Shown: positions 54,716 through 64,000 of the stretch, piece after piece
Layout: the number at the start of each line of letters is the position of its first letter
Position numbering within the stretch: the stretch's first letter is position 1
Source of the DNA: an uncultured bacterium
GTDB taxonomy: Bacteria > Patescibacteriota > Patescibacteriia > Patescibacteriales > UBA12465
Assembly: GCA_942492765.1 (NCBI GenBank)
Contig: OW818634.1
Location: 409,159 to 473,158 of the forward strand
Reading direction: 5' to 3'
Length of the DNA: 64,000 nt
The notes under the pieces: generated by a model
Told to the model about the DNA's origin: nothing
Seen by the model: the letters and a program-made list of their open reading frames with translations, nothing else
Databases searched by the model: none
Translations under genes and position numbers: made by a program

Positions 54716-56014
54716 CTATGGGTTAATAAGATACGCAAATTCTTTCCTTATTAGAAGCCCGATAATTTTAATAAAGGCTTCTCGCGTCGAATTTTCAGCT
54801 CCATTTTTTAACAATTCCGAAACTGATAATGGCGAGGACTCTGCTAGCCAGCAGACAAAATGAAACATTTCTTCATTAACAACAATAAGATTTCCACCAC
54901 CATTTTTAGAAGAAATGGAGTAATTTTTATCTTCTCGCCGCCAGCGAAGCTTTCCATTAAAATGCACGACTGAATAATCGTTAATGTCCGTTTTGACTTC
55001 CCTCTTGGGGGGTAGACTAATCGGCCCGATGGTTAAACGATCTTGTTTATTTAACAGGCCAAACGATGCCAAAGAATTTGTCCGGCAAGCCCCATTGCAA
55101 GACGATACCGTCGAACAACATTTACAAATATCTGGAACGACATCATTTCTATAAGAAACCATCTTGCCCCAAATTCCACTTAATGTTTCATGAAAAATAT
55201 TTCCATAAACATTCGGGTTGTGCGAACAGGGGCGAACATCTCCGACGTTAGAGATGCTGACAGACATTCGACCAGCCTGGCACGATCGCTTCGTAAAAGA
55301 ATAGTCTTTTTCCCAACACCAGCTTGGCAAAAAACATTTTGGCAGCGGCTCCAATATATCAACCTCTAGCTTGAGATTATCGGCGCACCATCTTAAATCA
55401 TCTAATAAAGAAATGGTCTGATGACCGCTAAGCAATTCCTCAAGATTGGGATGTTCGACATTAAGTCCGGCTGGAGTTGCAGCGAATCTTTTGACTCCTA
55501 AATCACGCATATCAGATGCTGTAGTCTTAATAAATTCACGATTAACTGGAGTAACTACCATATTAATCATGCAGGAGATACCAACTTCTGATAGCAACTT
55601 AATTTTTTCACGCAACCGATTATAGTCGCCGCAACGAGTGATATGCCTATAAACATCGGGGTCGCTTGCCGGACATGACACCAAGAAACTATCAATCCCG
55701 GACTCTTTAAAATCAAGAGCTAATTCTGGAGTGAGTAGCAAAAGATTTGTGTTGATAGAAACAAACATGCCGGCATTTTTTGCAGCTTTTACGGCGTTAA
55801 CGGCTAAATTAGGACGAGCCAAAGGCTCGCCACCGGTAATTACTAAGGAATAAATTTTAGCGTCTACCATCTTTTGAACCAGCAACATAACATCCTCATC
55901 TTCCAAATCATTAGATTTTGGCATACTGCTGGTATCAAAGCGGTAACAGTGCTTACAGCGCAAATTACAGATATCTGTAATTTCCAACTGGACATGCGTT
56001 GGCAATCTTAACAT
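54716..56014 (-). CDS. Radical SAM enzyme with a SPASM auxiliary-cluster domain and a PqqD/RRE-like C-terminal extension (peptide maturase)
   Basis: CNLRCKHC (Cx3Cx2C, aa 16-23), GGEPL (aa 61-65), and the SPASM pattern C245-x12-G-x4-C263 ... C297-x2-C300-x5-C306-x3-C310. A perfect SD, AAGGAGGT, lies 6 nt upstream of the ATG. Confidence 0.9.
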   Translation of the reverse strand: MLRLPTHVQLEITDICNLRCKHCYRFDTSSMPKSNDLEDEDVMLLVQKMVDAKIYSLVITGGEPLARPNLAVNAVKAAKNAGMFVSINTNLLLLTPELALDFKESGIDSFLVSCPASDPDVYRHITRCGDYNRLREKIKLLSEVGISCMINMVVTPVNREFIKTTASDMRDLGVKRFAATPAGLNVEHPNLEELLSGHQTISLLDDLRWCADNLKLEVDILEPLPKCFLPSWCWEKDYSFTKRSCQAGRMSVSISNVGDVRPCSHNPNVYGNIFHETLSGIWGKMVSYRNDVVPDICKCCSTVSSCNGACRTNSLASFGLLNKQDRLTIGPISLPPKREVKTDINDYSVVHFNGKLRWRREDKNYSISSKNGGGNLIVVNEEMFHFVCWLAESSPLSVSELLKNGAENSTREAFIKIIGLLIRKEFAYLINP

Positions 56015-56056
56015 GACTTACCTCCTTTTTTTTTCAAATTATTAAAGATCGGTTAA

Positions 56057-56638
56057 TTATTTAAATTGATTTAAAATTTTTGAAAAATAATCCTTGGTAA
56101 AATTAAAATTAAAAATCTTATAAAAATTAATAGCAAACCGTCTACGATTAACCGCGGGGTTAAAGCTATTTATTAATTTCAAAAATTTTATTTTACCGTA
56201 TTTTTTTATAAAATATTCTACCCAAAATTGCCCCACCATATAAGCATCTTTGTCTGCCTTGTCAAAATAATCAAAGATATTTAAAAGCTTATCTTTATAT
56301 CCATCTTTCAAAATTAATTTTTTTCCGGAAACAAAAGATGCCAGGCCTTCATTCAGCCAAATTGGATAGTGACTTTGGGTTATCTGGGTATAATAATAAT
56401 GACAATACTCATGTTTTAGCGTTTCCCAAAACTCTCTTTTCTTATGGCTAGATTCTTTAGCATATACTGCGGGATTCAGAATATAAATACTATTATTCTT
56501 AAAGGCGCCAACAAACCAACGTTCCGTTTTCTTGCCCCAAATAATATCCAGGTCCTCCCTACAATCCAATAAAAACAATAGTGGTTCACGAGCTTCAAAA
56601 TCAAAAAAATCATCCAATTCTTTTTTTGTTTTTTCCAA
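56057..56638 (-). CDS. Putative gluzincin (peptidase MA-like) metalloprotease, a candidate leader peptidase
   Basis: Contains HEYCH...WLNEGLA (HExxH-x16-E with an NEG context like the M1 / Peptidase_MA_2 families). Very AT-rich. The start is uncertain (TTG 56638, no SD). Confidence 0.6.
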   Translation of the reverse strand: MEKTKKELDDFFDFEAREPLLFLLDCREDLDIIWGKKTERWFVGAFKNNSIYILNPAVYAKESSHKKREFWETLKHEYCHYYYTQITQSHYPIWLNEGLASFVSGKKLILKDGYKDKLLNIFDYFDKADKDAYMVGQFWVEYFIKKYGKIKFLKLINSFNPAVNRRRFAINFYKIFNFNFTKDYFSKILNQFK

Positions 56639-56714
56639 GAATTGAACTAACTTTTTGTTAGCTTTTACTGATTTTATAGATAAATATTTTTTTATATATT
56701 TATACGCCTATTTT

Positions 56715-56754
56715 TTAAAAAAAGTCGCCACGACTCTATTGCTATCATGGCGAC
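56715..56754 (-). terminator. Intra-operon terminator/attenuator right after the precursor ORF
   Basis: On the minus strand GUCGCCA (56754-56748) pairs with UGGCGAC (56730-56724). The loop is 17 nt and 7 U follow (56723-56717). Confidence 0.5.
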
Positions 56755-56776
56755 ATAATTGACTCCTCTGCTGCTC

Positions 56777-56902
56777 TTAATTTGGGCTGTCACAATCACA
56801 GCCAGAGCCTTCACCGCCGCTAGCATCGCAATTACTTTCGCCATTAGGAGCTTCTGATAAGGCGATAATTTGCATGCTGTCAAATTTGAATTCCTTTTTC
56901 AT
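56777..56902 (-). CDS. 41-aa Cys/Asp-rich candidate RiPP precursor peptide, not in the ORF track
   Basis: By hand translation it reads MKKEFKFDSMQIIALSEAPNGESNCDASGGEGSGCDCDSPN. An SD-like AAAGGAAAGGA ends 7 nt before the ATG. It lies between a consensus promoter and a terminator, upstream of the peptidase and rSAM/SPASM genes. Confidence 0.6.
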   Translation of the reverse strand: MKKEFKFDSMQIIALSEAPNGESNCDASGGEGSGCDCDSPN

Positions 56903-57013
56903 GATCAAATCCTTTCCTTTTCTTTATTAACGTTATTTGACTCTTCGGGTCGAAACTCTTTTAAGCTTCGCTTAGCAATATGCCCCTTAAATATCTAAAA
57001 AGAACTTATCCAC

Positions 57014-57042
57014 ATAATATCCATTAAAGATGTTTTTGTCAA
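57014..57042 (-). promoter_or_regulatory. Sigma70-type promoter TTGACA-N17-TATTAT driving the precursor/RiPP cassette
   Basis: Minus strand reads TTGACA (57042-57037), a 17-nt spacer, then TATTAT (57019-57014). It lies about 110 nt upstream of the precursor ATG. Confidence 0.6.
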
Positions 57043-57060
57043 TAGAGAGCATATAGGGCC

Positions 57061-57089
57061 AAAAAAAAGAAACCCCAGTCAGGGGCTTC
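57061..57089 (-). terminator. Rho-independent terminator of rpoC
   Basis: On the minus strand GAAGCCCC pairs with GGGGUUUC (8 bp, one G-U pair). The loop is UGACU and 8 U follow (57068-57061). Confidence 0.7.
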
Positions 57090-57116
57090 TTTTTATATTA
57101 AAACTCTTAATTTCCT

Positions 57117-60100
57117 TTATTTCCCGTAGTCCATTCTCGCCTTCTTGCCCTTATAGCCGGTTCCGGCCGGGATTAGGCAGCCGATAATGACATTCTCTTT
57201 CAAGCCCTCGAGATAATCGATCTTGCCGTTAACCGCGGCATCGATCAAAACACGGGAAGTCTCTTGGAAAGAGGCGGCTGATAAGAAGCTATCGGTCGTC
57301 AAAGATGCTTTAGTGATACCCATGAGCAAGCGATCGGCCTTAGCCGGATTCTTCAAGCCCTTATTAGCCTGTTCGAGCACCTCTTCTTCGACAGTTTCGC
57401 CGGACAAGACCATAGCGTCGCCGGCATCGGTAATCAGATAGCGAGAGAACATCTGGCGGGCGATGATCTCAACGTGCTTATCGTTCAAAGGCTGGCCTTG
57501 AGAACCATAGACGTATTGGATTTCCTTGATGATGTATTTCTGAGTCTCTAGACGTCCTTTCAACTTGTATAATTCGCGCAGATCAAGACTGCCTTCAGTC
57601 AGCTGCGTGCCTCTCTCGATCGCCTCGCCATCCTTGACCATCATCATAGTTCCCTTCAAAATCGGATATTCTTTGACTTTTTCGACTTCTTTGGCAATAG
57701 AAATATATTTTTCCGTAACCGCGGCTATGCCATTAGTCTTAGCCTTGACGATTTCGGCTCCAACCTTGAACAGCTCGGTATTCTTAGAGACATTCTCGCC
57801 ATCCTTGACCAGCACCTTGACCTCTAATTTCTTAGTGTCCTTGGCGCTTAGGCCTCCAGCCAGCTTAAGCTCGTTGACCTTCTCGGAAAAATAATATTTA
57901 TCATGATCCTTGCCTTTATAATAGATGCTCAAGATCTTGGTCTGCGGATTGTTGACGGAAATCTCTTTGCCGTCCTTATCCTTGATAATCTTCTGAGCAA
58001 ATTCGATCTTAACCTTGCCGGTAACGTCGGAAATAAGCGCTTTCTTCTTCGGGCTGCGCGCTTCAAAGATTTCTTCGACGCGAGGCAGACCCTGGGTGAT
58101 ATCATCTTGGCCGGCGACGCCTCCCGTATGGAAGGTTCTCATCGTCAGCTGCGTGCCTGGTTCGCCGATAGACTGCGCCGCAATCGTGCCGACAGTCGAG
58201 CCCATCTTAACCTCCTTATTGTAAGCCAGATCCCAACCATAGCACTTCGCGCAGATGCCCTTATGCATCTTGCAGCTAAGCACCGATCGGACGCAAGCCT
58301 GTTCGATATCCTTAGTCTTTGCTAATTTGATATTTTCTTCATTTAAGAGTTCTCCGGTCTTCAAGACAACTTTGCCCTTATTATCTAAGAGGTCCTTGGC
58401 TAAGAAACGGCCGGTCAGGCGCTTGAAGAAATCTTCGCCATTCTTCTCTATTTCCGCGCGGCTCAGATCGAGACCGACGGTATCGCCGCAATCGTCATCG
58501 GAAATGATGATATCTTGAGCGACATCGACTAAGCGGCGAGTCAGATAACCGGCGTTAGCGGTTCTAAGAGCGGTATCAGACAAACCTTTGCGGACGCCGT
58601 GAGTGGAAATGAAATATTCGAGAACGCCGAAGCCTTCTTTGAAGTTTCCTTTGACTGGAAGTTCGAAAATAGCGCCGGAAGGAGAGGTAACCAAGCCCTT
58701 CATGCCCAAGATCTGAACCGGCTGAGCCCAAGAACCGCGGGCTCCAGATTCGATCATGGAATAAACCGGCAAGATATTGATCAAGCCTTTCTTACAGATA
58801 GTCGCGATCTTATCTTTGGTTCCGGTCCATTCTTCGATGACTTTGGCGTAGCGTTCGCTCTCGGTCAATAAGCCTTCGTTATACTGCTCCTGAATAAGCT
58901 CTACCTTCTTATTCGCCTCTTCAATCAGTAAATCCTTCTCTGGCAAGCTCGGCAAGTCGCCGAAGCCCCAAGACAAGCCGGACTTAGTGATGAAGGCGAA
59001 GCTGCGATTCTTCAAGCCGTCGATGAACTTGACGGTCTCTTCTTCGCCATATATTCTCAGACATTCACGGATCAAATCTTTTAATTTGCCCTTACCGACG
59101 ACTTCGTTAAGATAACGGAGCTTCTCCGGCAATAAGGAGTTGAAGATCAGGCGGCCGACGGTAGTCTTCAGCATCTCGCCGTCATATTTGACGTTGATAG
59201 CCTCATGCAAGCCGATGCCATTGCTTTCGTAAGCTAAATAAGCCTCGTCTTCATTATAGAAATAATGCATGTCTTCCTTCTTCTTGTCGGCGTAGTCGGC
59301 TTCCACTAAAGTAATATAATAAGTTCCCCAGACGATGTCCTGGGCTGGAGTGACGATCGGATCGCCAGTAGCCGGTTTCAATAAGTTATGGGAAGACAGC
59401 ATCAAGGTTTCCGCCTCGTGTTTAGCTTCCTTAGTCAAAGGCACATGAACGGCCATCTGGTCGCCATCGAAGTCGGCATTGAAAGCCGTACAAACGAGCG
59501 GATGAATCTGGATAGCCTTGCCTTCGATCAGGATCGGGCGGAAAGCTTGGATACCTAAGCGATGCAGGGTCGGAGCGCGATTCAACAATACAAAGGCGCC
59601 TTTGATAATCTCTTCTAAGATATCCCAAACCTCGTCATGCCCAGCTTCCATATAACGGGAAGCGCTGCGCACGTTATGAACGATCTCGCGCTTAATGAGC
59701 TGAGAAATGACGAACGGCTTGAATAGCTCTAAAGCCATGATCTTCGGCAAACCGCATTGATCGAGATTCAAGCGCGGATTGACGACGATGACGGAGCGGC
59801 CGGAATAGTCGACGCGCTTGCCTAATAGATTCTGGCGGAAGCGGCCCTGTTTGCCTTTCAAAGTATCAGCTAAGGATTTCAATTGGCGCTTCTGGCCAGT
59901 CGAAGCCGTAACCGTCTTGGTGTGGCGGGCGGAATTGTCAATCAAAGCATCGACCGCTTCCTGAAGCATGCGCTTCTCGTTGCGGCAGATGACTTCCGGA
60001 GCATTAAGGTCCATGAGCTGCTTTAAGCGATTATTGCGGTTGATGATGCGGCGATAAAGATCATTAAGATCAGAGGCCGCGAAACGGCCGCCGTCTAAAG

Positions 60101-61049
60101 CGACCATCGGGCGCAGATCCGGAGGCACTACGGGCATGACGGTCATAATCATCCATTCCGGACGGATATTATTATTGCGAAGGCCTTTCAATAATTTCAG
60201 GCGCTTCACTAATTTTTCTTTCTTAGAATCAACCGCGCCGGTCAATTTCTCTTCCAAAGATTTAATGCTCTTATCTAGATCGATCTGAACCAGCAGCTTG
60301 CGGATAGCTTCGGCGCCGATAGAGGCCTCGAAGATATGGCCGAATTTCTGGCTCAATTCTTGGTATTGCTGTTCGCTCATGATTAGAAGCGGCTTCAACT
60401 CCTTCAGTTCTTTCTGAACCTGGCCGAAATCCTCTTCTAAGCGAGCCAAGCGCTCAGCCTTGGCTTTGATAGCTTCTTTTATTTCCTTATTATTGTCGTC
60501 GGCCTTATCATTCTCTTCCTTGATTTTCTTGACCTGGACATTGAATTCATTATCAATGCTCTTTAATTTGGATTTATATTCGGCCTTGATCTGATCAATT
60601 GTGGATTCTTTCAAAGCTTCGTCGACTTCAGTGACGATAAAGCTGGCATAGTAGATGACTTTTTCCAAAGACTGGATGCCTAAACCTAAGAGCAGGCCGA
60701 TCTTAGAAGACAAGCCTCTTAAGAACCAGATATGAGAAACCGGGACCTGCAAAGTAATGTGTCCCAGGCGTTCGCGGCGGACGATGCTGCGAGTAACTTC
60801 CACGCCGCACTTGTCGCAGACAATCCCCTTATAGCGGATCTTTTTATATTTGCCGCAAGCGCATTCCCAGTCCTTGGTCGGACCAAAGATCTTCTCGCAG
60901 AATAAGCCGTCCTTTTCCGGCTTCTGCGTGCGGTAATTAATGGTTTCCGGCCGCGTTATCTCGCCGTGCGACCAATCGAGGATTTCCTCGGGGCTGGCCA
61001 ACTTGAGACGGATGGCTGCGAAATCGCTGGTTTTTATCGGATTTAACAT
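57117..61049 (-). CDS. rpoC: DNA-directed RNA polymerase subunit beta'
   Basis: Start taken at MLNPIK (ATG 61049), 25 nt after the rpoB stop. Contains the NADFDGD catalytic motif and a Zn-binding CxC...CxxC region. Confidence 0.95.
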   Translation of the reverse strand: MLNPIKTSDFAAIRLKLASPEEILDWSHGEITRPETINYRTQKPEKDGLFCEKIFGPTKDWECACGKYKKIRYKGIVCDKCGVEVTRSIVRRERLGHITLQVPVSHIWFLRGLSSKIGLLLGLGIQSLEKVIYYASFIVTEVDEALKESTIDQIKAEYKSKLKSIDNEFNVQVKKIKEENDKADDNNKEIKEAIKAKAERLARLEEDFGQVQKELKELKPLLIMSEQQYQELSQKFGHIFEASIGAEAIRKLLVQIDLDKSIKSLEEKLTGAVDSKKEKLVKRLKLLKGLRNNNIRPEWMIMTVMPVVPPDLRPMVALDGGRFAASDLNDLYRRIINRNNRLKQLMDLNAPEVICRNEKRMLQEAVDALIDNSARHTKTVTASTGQKRQLKSLADTLKGKQGRFRQNLLGKRVDYSGRSVIVVNPRLNLDQCGLPKIMALELFKPFVISQLIKREIVHNVRSASRYMEAGHDEVWDILEEIIKGAFVLLNRAPTLHRLGIQAFRPILIEGKAIQIHPLVCTAFNADFDGDQMAVHVPLTKEAKHEAETLMLSSHNLLKPATGDPIVTPAQDIVWGTYYITLVEADYADKKKEDMHYFYNEDEAYLAYESNGIGLHEAINVKYDGEMLKTTVGRLIFNSLLPEKLRYLNEVVGKGKLKDLIRECLRIYGEEETVKFIDGLKNRSFAFITKSGLSWGFGDLPSLPEKDLLIEEANKKVELIQEQYNEGLLTESERYAKVIEEWTGTKDKIATICKKGLINILPVYSMIESGARGSWAQPVQILGMKGLVTSPSGAIFELPVKGNFKEGFGVLEYFISTHGVRKGLSDTALRTANAGYLTRRLVDVAQDIIISDDDCGDTVGLDLSRAEIEKNGEDFFKRLTGRFLAKDLLDNKGKVVLKTGELLNEENIKLAKTKDIEQACVRSVLSCKMHKGICAKCYGWDLAYNKEVKMGSTVGTIAAQSIGEPGTQLTMRTFHTGGVAGQDDITQGLPRVEEIFEARSPKKKALISDVTGKVKIEFAQKIIKDKDGKEISVNNPQTKILSIYYKGKDHDKYYFSEKVNELKLAGGLSAKDTKKLEVKVLVKDGENVSKNTELFKVGAEIVKAKTNGIAAVTEKYISIAKEVEKVKEYPILKGTMMMVKDGEAIERGTQLTEGSLDLRELYKLKGRLETQKYIIKEIQYVYGSQGQPLNDKHVEIIARQMFSRYLITDAGDAMVLSGETVEEEVLEQANKGLKNPAKADRLLMGITKASLTTDSFLSAASFQETSRVLIDAAVNGKIDYLEGLKENVIIGCLIPAGTGYKGKKARMDYGK

Positions 61050-61074
61050 ATGTATATTGATTACGAATTTATTA

Positions 61075-64000
61075 TTATTCGTTCGCGATGTCGCTGACAT
61101 TGATATCCGCGACTATCTCCGGCTTGTCATAAGCAAATTTTTCATCCAGCTTGATCTCTTCATCAATATCGGTGACGACTTCCGAGGCTGGATTTCCGCC
61201 AGCGCTATCCAATAATTGGACGTTGAGGCCTAAGCCCTTCAGTTCACGAATCAGGACGTTGAAAGATTCCGGAACGTTCAGCTTCTCTATTTCCTCGCCC
61301 TTGATGATGGCTTCGTAAGCCTTGCTGCGTCCAGGAACGTCATCGGACTTGATCGTCAGCATCTCTTGCAGAGTATGGGCAGCGCCGTAACCTTCGAGAG
61401 CCCAGACTTCCATTTCTCCGAATCTCTGGCCGCCGAACTGGGCTTTACCGCCTAAAGGCTGCTGCGTGATCAAGGAGTAAGGACCGATAGAGCGTTGGTG
61501 AATCTTGTCTTCAACCATGTGGTTGAGTTTAAGCACATATTTATAACCAACCGTAATCTTATTATCATAAGGATCACCGGTCTTACCGTCATAAAGATAG
61601 ATCTTTCCGTCTTCAGGCAAGCCAGCGGCTTTCAATTCGCCTTTGATTTGCGCTTCGGAAATTCCATTCAAAGCCGGAGTCATAACGCGATAGCCTAATT
61701 TCTGAGCGGCAAAACCCATATGAGTTTCCAATAACTGACCGAGGTTCATACGGGAAATGATGCCTAAAGGAGAAAGGATGACGTCAATCGGAGTACCGTC
61801 GGCCATGAAAGGCATGTCTTCAATCGGAACGACGCGGGAAATAACGCCTTTATTGCCGTGGCGTCCAGACATCTTGTCGCCGACCTGGATCTTTCTCAAG
61901 TTAGCAACCGCAACTTGAATAGACTTCAAGACGCCAGCTGATAATTTATCGCCTTCCTCACGAGAGAATATCTTGATATCGACGACTTTGCCGTGCTCGC
62001 CGTGCTCTAAATACATAGAAGAATCGCGAACATCCTTGGCTTTCTCGCCGAAGATCGCGCGCAATAGCTTCTCTTCAGCCGAAAGGGTGGTTTCGCCCTT
62101 CGGAGTAATCTTGCCGACTAAGATGTCGCCGGAAGATACCTTGGCGCCGATGCGGATGATACCCTCTTCGTCGAGATTCTTTAATTTCTCTTCGCTGATA
62201 TTCGGGATGTCGTTAGTGATGACCTCCGGACCGAGCTTGGTATCGCGGACATCGATGGTGTAATTCTCAATATGAATGGAGGAATAGATATCTTCTTTGA
62301 CCAAGCGTTCAGAAATAATGACCGCGTCTTCATAATTGAAGCCTTCCCAGGTCATGAAAGCAACTAGGACATTGCGGCCCAAGGATAATTCACCGTTATC
62401 AATCGCCGGACCGTCGGAAAGGATATCTCCTTTCTTGACCTTCTGGTCGACATCGACGACTGGATGCTGATTGATACAGGTCGAGGAATTAGAACGCAAG
62501 AATTTATTCAAATGATAAGTAATGACCCGGCCTTTCTTATCGGTCAATTCGATGGTACCGGCATCAGTCTTAGTGATTACGCCGTCTTCATCGGCAATGA
62601 TAACGTGGCCGCTATCGCGAGCCGCCCGCGCCTCGACGCCGGTGCCGACGATTGGCGCTTCCGCCTTAATCAACGGGACAGCCTGACGTTGCATGTTCGT
62701 ACCCATCAAAGATCTCTGTCCATCATTATGTTCCATGAACGGGATAAGACTGGTCGCGACGGAAATGATCTGATTGGCAGCGAGGCCGACAAAATCTATC
62801 TTAGAGACTTCGGACATGCCCGGCTGGCCATTCTTTCTGACCTCATGCTTAGACACGATGAAATAGCCATCCTTATCGGTCGGGATAGTCGCATCAACAG
62901 TAATATATTTTTCTTCTTCAAAAGCATCCAGATAGACAACCTCATCAGTCACCTTGGTTCCCTTCTTATCATGAGCGGTCTTTCTATAAGGCGTCTCTAA
63001 GAAACCGTAAGTATTCAAGCGCGCATAGCTGGCTAAATGGCCGACGAGACCGATGTTCGGACCTTCTGGAGTGGCGATCGGGCAGATACGGCCGTAGTGG
63101 GTAGTATGAACGTCGCGGACATCGAAGCCGGCGCGCTCGCGAGTCAAGCCGCCCGGACCCATCGCTGATAAGCGGCGCTTGTGCTCTAATTCGGCGAGCG
63201 GATTAGTCTGATCCATGAACTGCGACAACTGAGAAGACATAAAGAATTCGCGGACGACGCCGATGACTGGGCGAGCATTCACGAGCTTGGAAGGAGTAAG
63301 AGAAGCGACATCCGATGTGGACATGCGATCCTTGATGATACGCTCCATTCTCGCCAAACCGACGCGGAAACGATTCTGAATCAGGCCGCCGATAGCGCGG
63401 ATGCGGCGATTGCCGAGATGATCGATATCATCTTCCGGTTCTTTGACTATATTCAATCTAATAATTTCCTTAATGATCAAGACCAGGTCTTCTTTGCGCA
63501 AAATCCGGTTCTCTTTCTTATTAGCCGGCAAATCAAGCGTAAAGCGGCGATTCAATTTATAGCGTCCGACGCGGCCGAAATCATAGCGGTCAAAGCGGAA
63601 GAACATGGAGTGGATGAGCTGGCGGGCATTATCGACAGAGGCCAGGTCGCCCGGACGGATGCGGCGATAAACTTCCTGAAGGCCTTCCGCCTCATTCTTG
63701 GCAGCGTCCTTCTCGATCGTCGCTTCGATATAGCCCTTCTCATCCTTGCTCTTAACCAGATCGACATCAGCGAAAAGCTTTACCAGCTCTTCATCGGTTT
63801 CATAGCCAAAAGCCCGAAGCAATGAAGTGACGGCGACTTTTCTCTTGCGATCGATGCGGACCCAGAGGACCTTATTAGCATCGGTCTCGATTTCCAGCCA
63901 AGCGCCGCGATTCGGGATGACTTTCGCGCCATAGCATTTCTTTCCCTTGATGAATTCAGCGGTGAACATGACGCCGGCGGACCTGATCAGCTGAGAGACG
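61075..64000 (-). CDS. rpoB: DNA-directed RNA polymerase subunit beta (5' end outside the window)
   Basis: The frame stays open to the window edge (..[16 protein letters not shown]..). Contains GRHGNKGV and the typical RpoB C-terminal motifs. Confidence 0.95.
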   Translation of the reverse strand, partial: VSQLIRSAGVMFTAEFIKGKKCYGAKVIPNRGAWLEIETDANKVLWVRIDRKRKVAVTSLLRAFGYETDEELVKLFADVDLVKSKDEKGYIEATIEKDAAKNEAEGLQEVYRRIRPGDLASVDNARQLIHSMFFRFDRYDFGRVGRYKLNRRFTLDLPANKKENRILRKEDLVLIIKEIIRLNIVKEPEDDIDHLGNRRIRAIGGLIQNRFRVGLARMERIIKDRMSTSDVASLTPSKLVNARPVIGVVREFFMSSQLSQFMDQTNPLAELEHKRRLSAMGPGGLTRERAGFDVRDVHTTHYGRICPIATPEGPNIGLVGHLASYARLNTYGFLETPYRKTAHDKKGTKVTDEVVYLDAFEEEKYITVDATIPTDKDGYFIVSKHEVRKNGQPGMSEVSKIDFVGLAANQIISVATSLIPFMEHNDGQRSLMGTNMQRQAVPLIKAEAPIVGTGVEARAARDSGHVIIADEDGVITKTDAGTIELTDKKGRVITYHLNKFLRSNSSTCINQHPVVDVDQKVKKGDILSDGPAIDNGELSLGRNVLVAFMTWEGFNYEDAVIISERLVKEDIYSSIHIENYTIDVRDTKLGPEVITNDIPNISEEKLKNLDEEGIIRIGAKVSSGDILVGKITPKGETTLSAEEKLLRAIFGEKAKDVRDSSMYLEHGEHGKVVDIKIFSREEGDKLSAGVLKSIQVAVANLRKIQVGDKMSGRHGNKGVISRVVPIEDMPFMADGTPIDVILSPLGIISRMNLGQLLETHMGFAAQKLGYRVMTPALNGISEAQIKGELKAAGLPEDGKIYLYDGKTGDPYDNKITVGYKYVLKLNHMVEDKIHQRSIGPYSLITQQPLGGKAQFGGQRFGEMEVWALEGYGAAHTLQEMLTIKSDDVPGRSKAYEAIIKGEEIEKLNVPESFNVLIRELKGLGLNVQLLDSAGGNPASEVVTDIDEEIKLDEKFAYDKPEIVADINVSDIANE

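Noticed and set aside
56692-56883. 63-aa ORF from the track (MTACKLSPYQKLLMAKVIAM...) in the rSAM upstream region
   Set aside because: It has no RBS and runs straight through the terminator hairpin. It overlaps, in another frame, the 41-aa ORF that does have an RBS and a sensible promoter/terminator context. I treat it as a shadow ORF.
1-64000. CRISPR arrays, tRNA/rRNA genes, transposases, integrases, and a DGR reverse transcriptase that might target the giant protein or lipoproteins
   Set aside because: I scanned the intergenic gaps and the ORF list. There are no regularly spaced repeat arrays, no cloverleaf-like sequences in gaps, no DDE/tyrosine-recombinase-like ORFs and no YxDD reverse-transcriptase ORF in this window.
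1-64000. Alternative genetic code (UGA recoding, as in some CPR lineages)
   Set aside because: Multi-kilobase ORFs for rpoB, rpoC, leuS and the 8.1-kb giant gene are intact under the standard code. TGA is also used as a stop, for example by porB.

Overview
The window reads as a gene-dense, mostly minus-strand chromosomal segment from a small-genome, Patescibacteria/CPR-like bacterium. That taxonomic call is an inference from gene content and from the scarcity of Shine-Dalgarno (SD) sites. It uses the standard genetic code. I found no rRNA, tRNA, CRISPR array, transposase or integrase.

Housekeeping genes:
- recG (5' partial), radA, metK, ahcY and a PfkB kinase
- rsmA, leuS, xth, rnhA, recJ, lepA, murJ
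- an ADP-forming acetyl-CoA synthetase
- rpoC and rpoB (5' partial)

Accessory content interleaved with these:
1. A type IV secretion-like membrane cluster with a VirB4-type ATPase and a PrgI/VirB3-like protein, plus a second cluster of polytopic membrane proteins.
2. A stand-alone PPDK_N ATP-grasp protein, followed by a histidine phosphatase and three tandem paralogs. Each paralog ends in a PEP-utilizer phosphohistidine swivel domain, and one also carries an N-terminal winged helix.
3. A 2717-aa cysteine-rich secreted giant protein with two tandem lipoprotein cassettes just downstream.
4. A porGDAB pyruvate:ferredoxin oxidoreductase operon interrupted by two cysteine-rich VirB2/TrbC-like pilin-domain genes, one of them fused to a 3D domain.
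5. An AT-rich three-gene cassette directly downstream of the rpoC terminator, which I rate the most interesting item. It has its own consensus promoter and a 41-aa Cys/Asp-rich ORF that the ORF track misses. An internal terminator, an HExxH...NEG peptidase-like gene and a radical SAM/SPASM enzyme with an RRE-like C-terminus follow. Two terminators close it. This looks like an undescribed RiPP (ribosomally synthesized, post-translationally modified peptide) maturation system.

All family assignments come from motifs read by eye. No database search was run.
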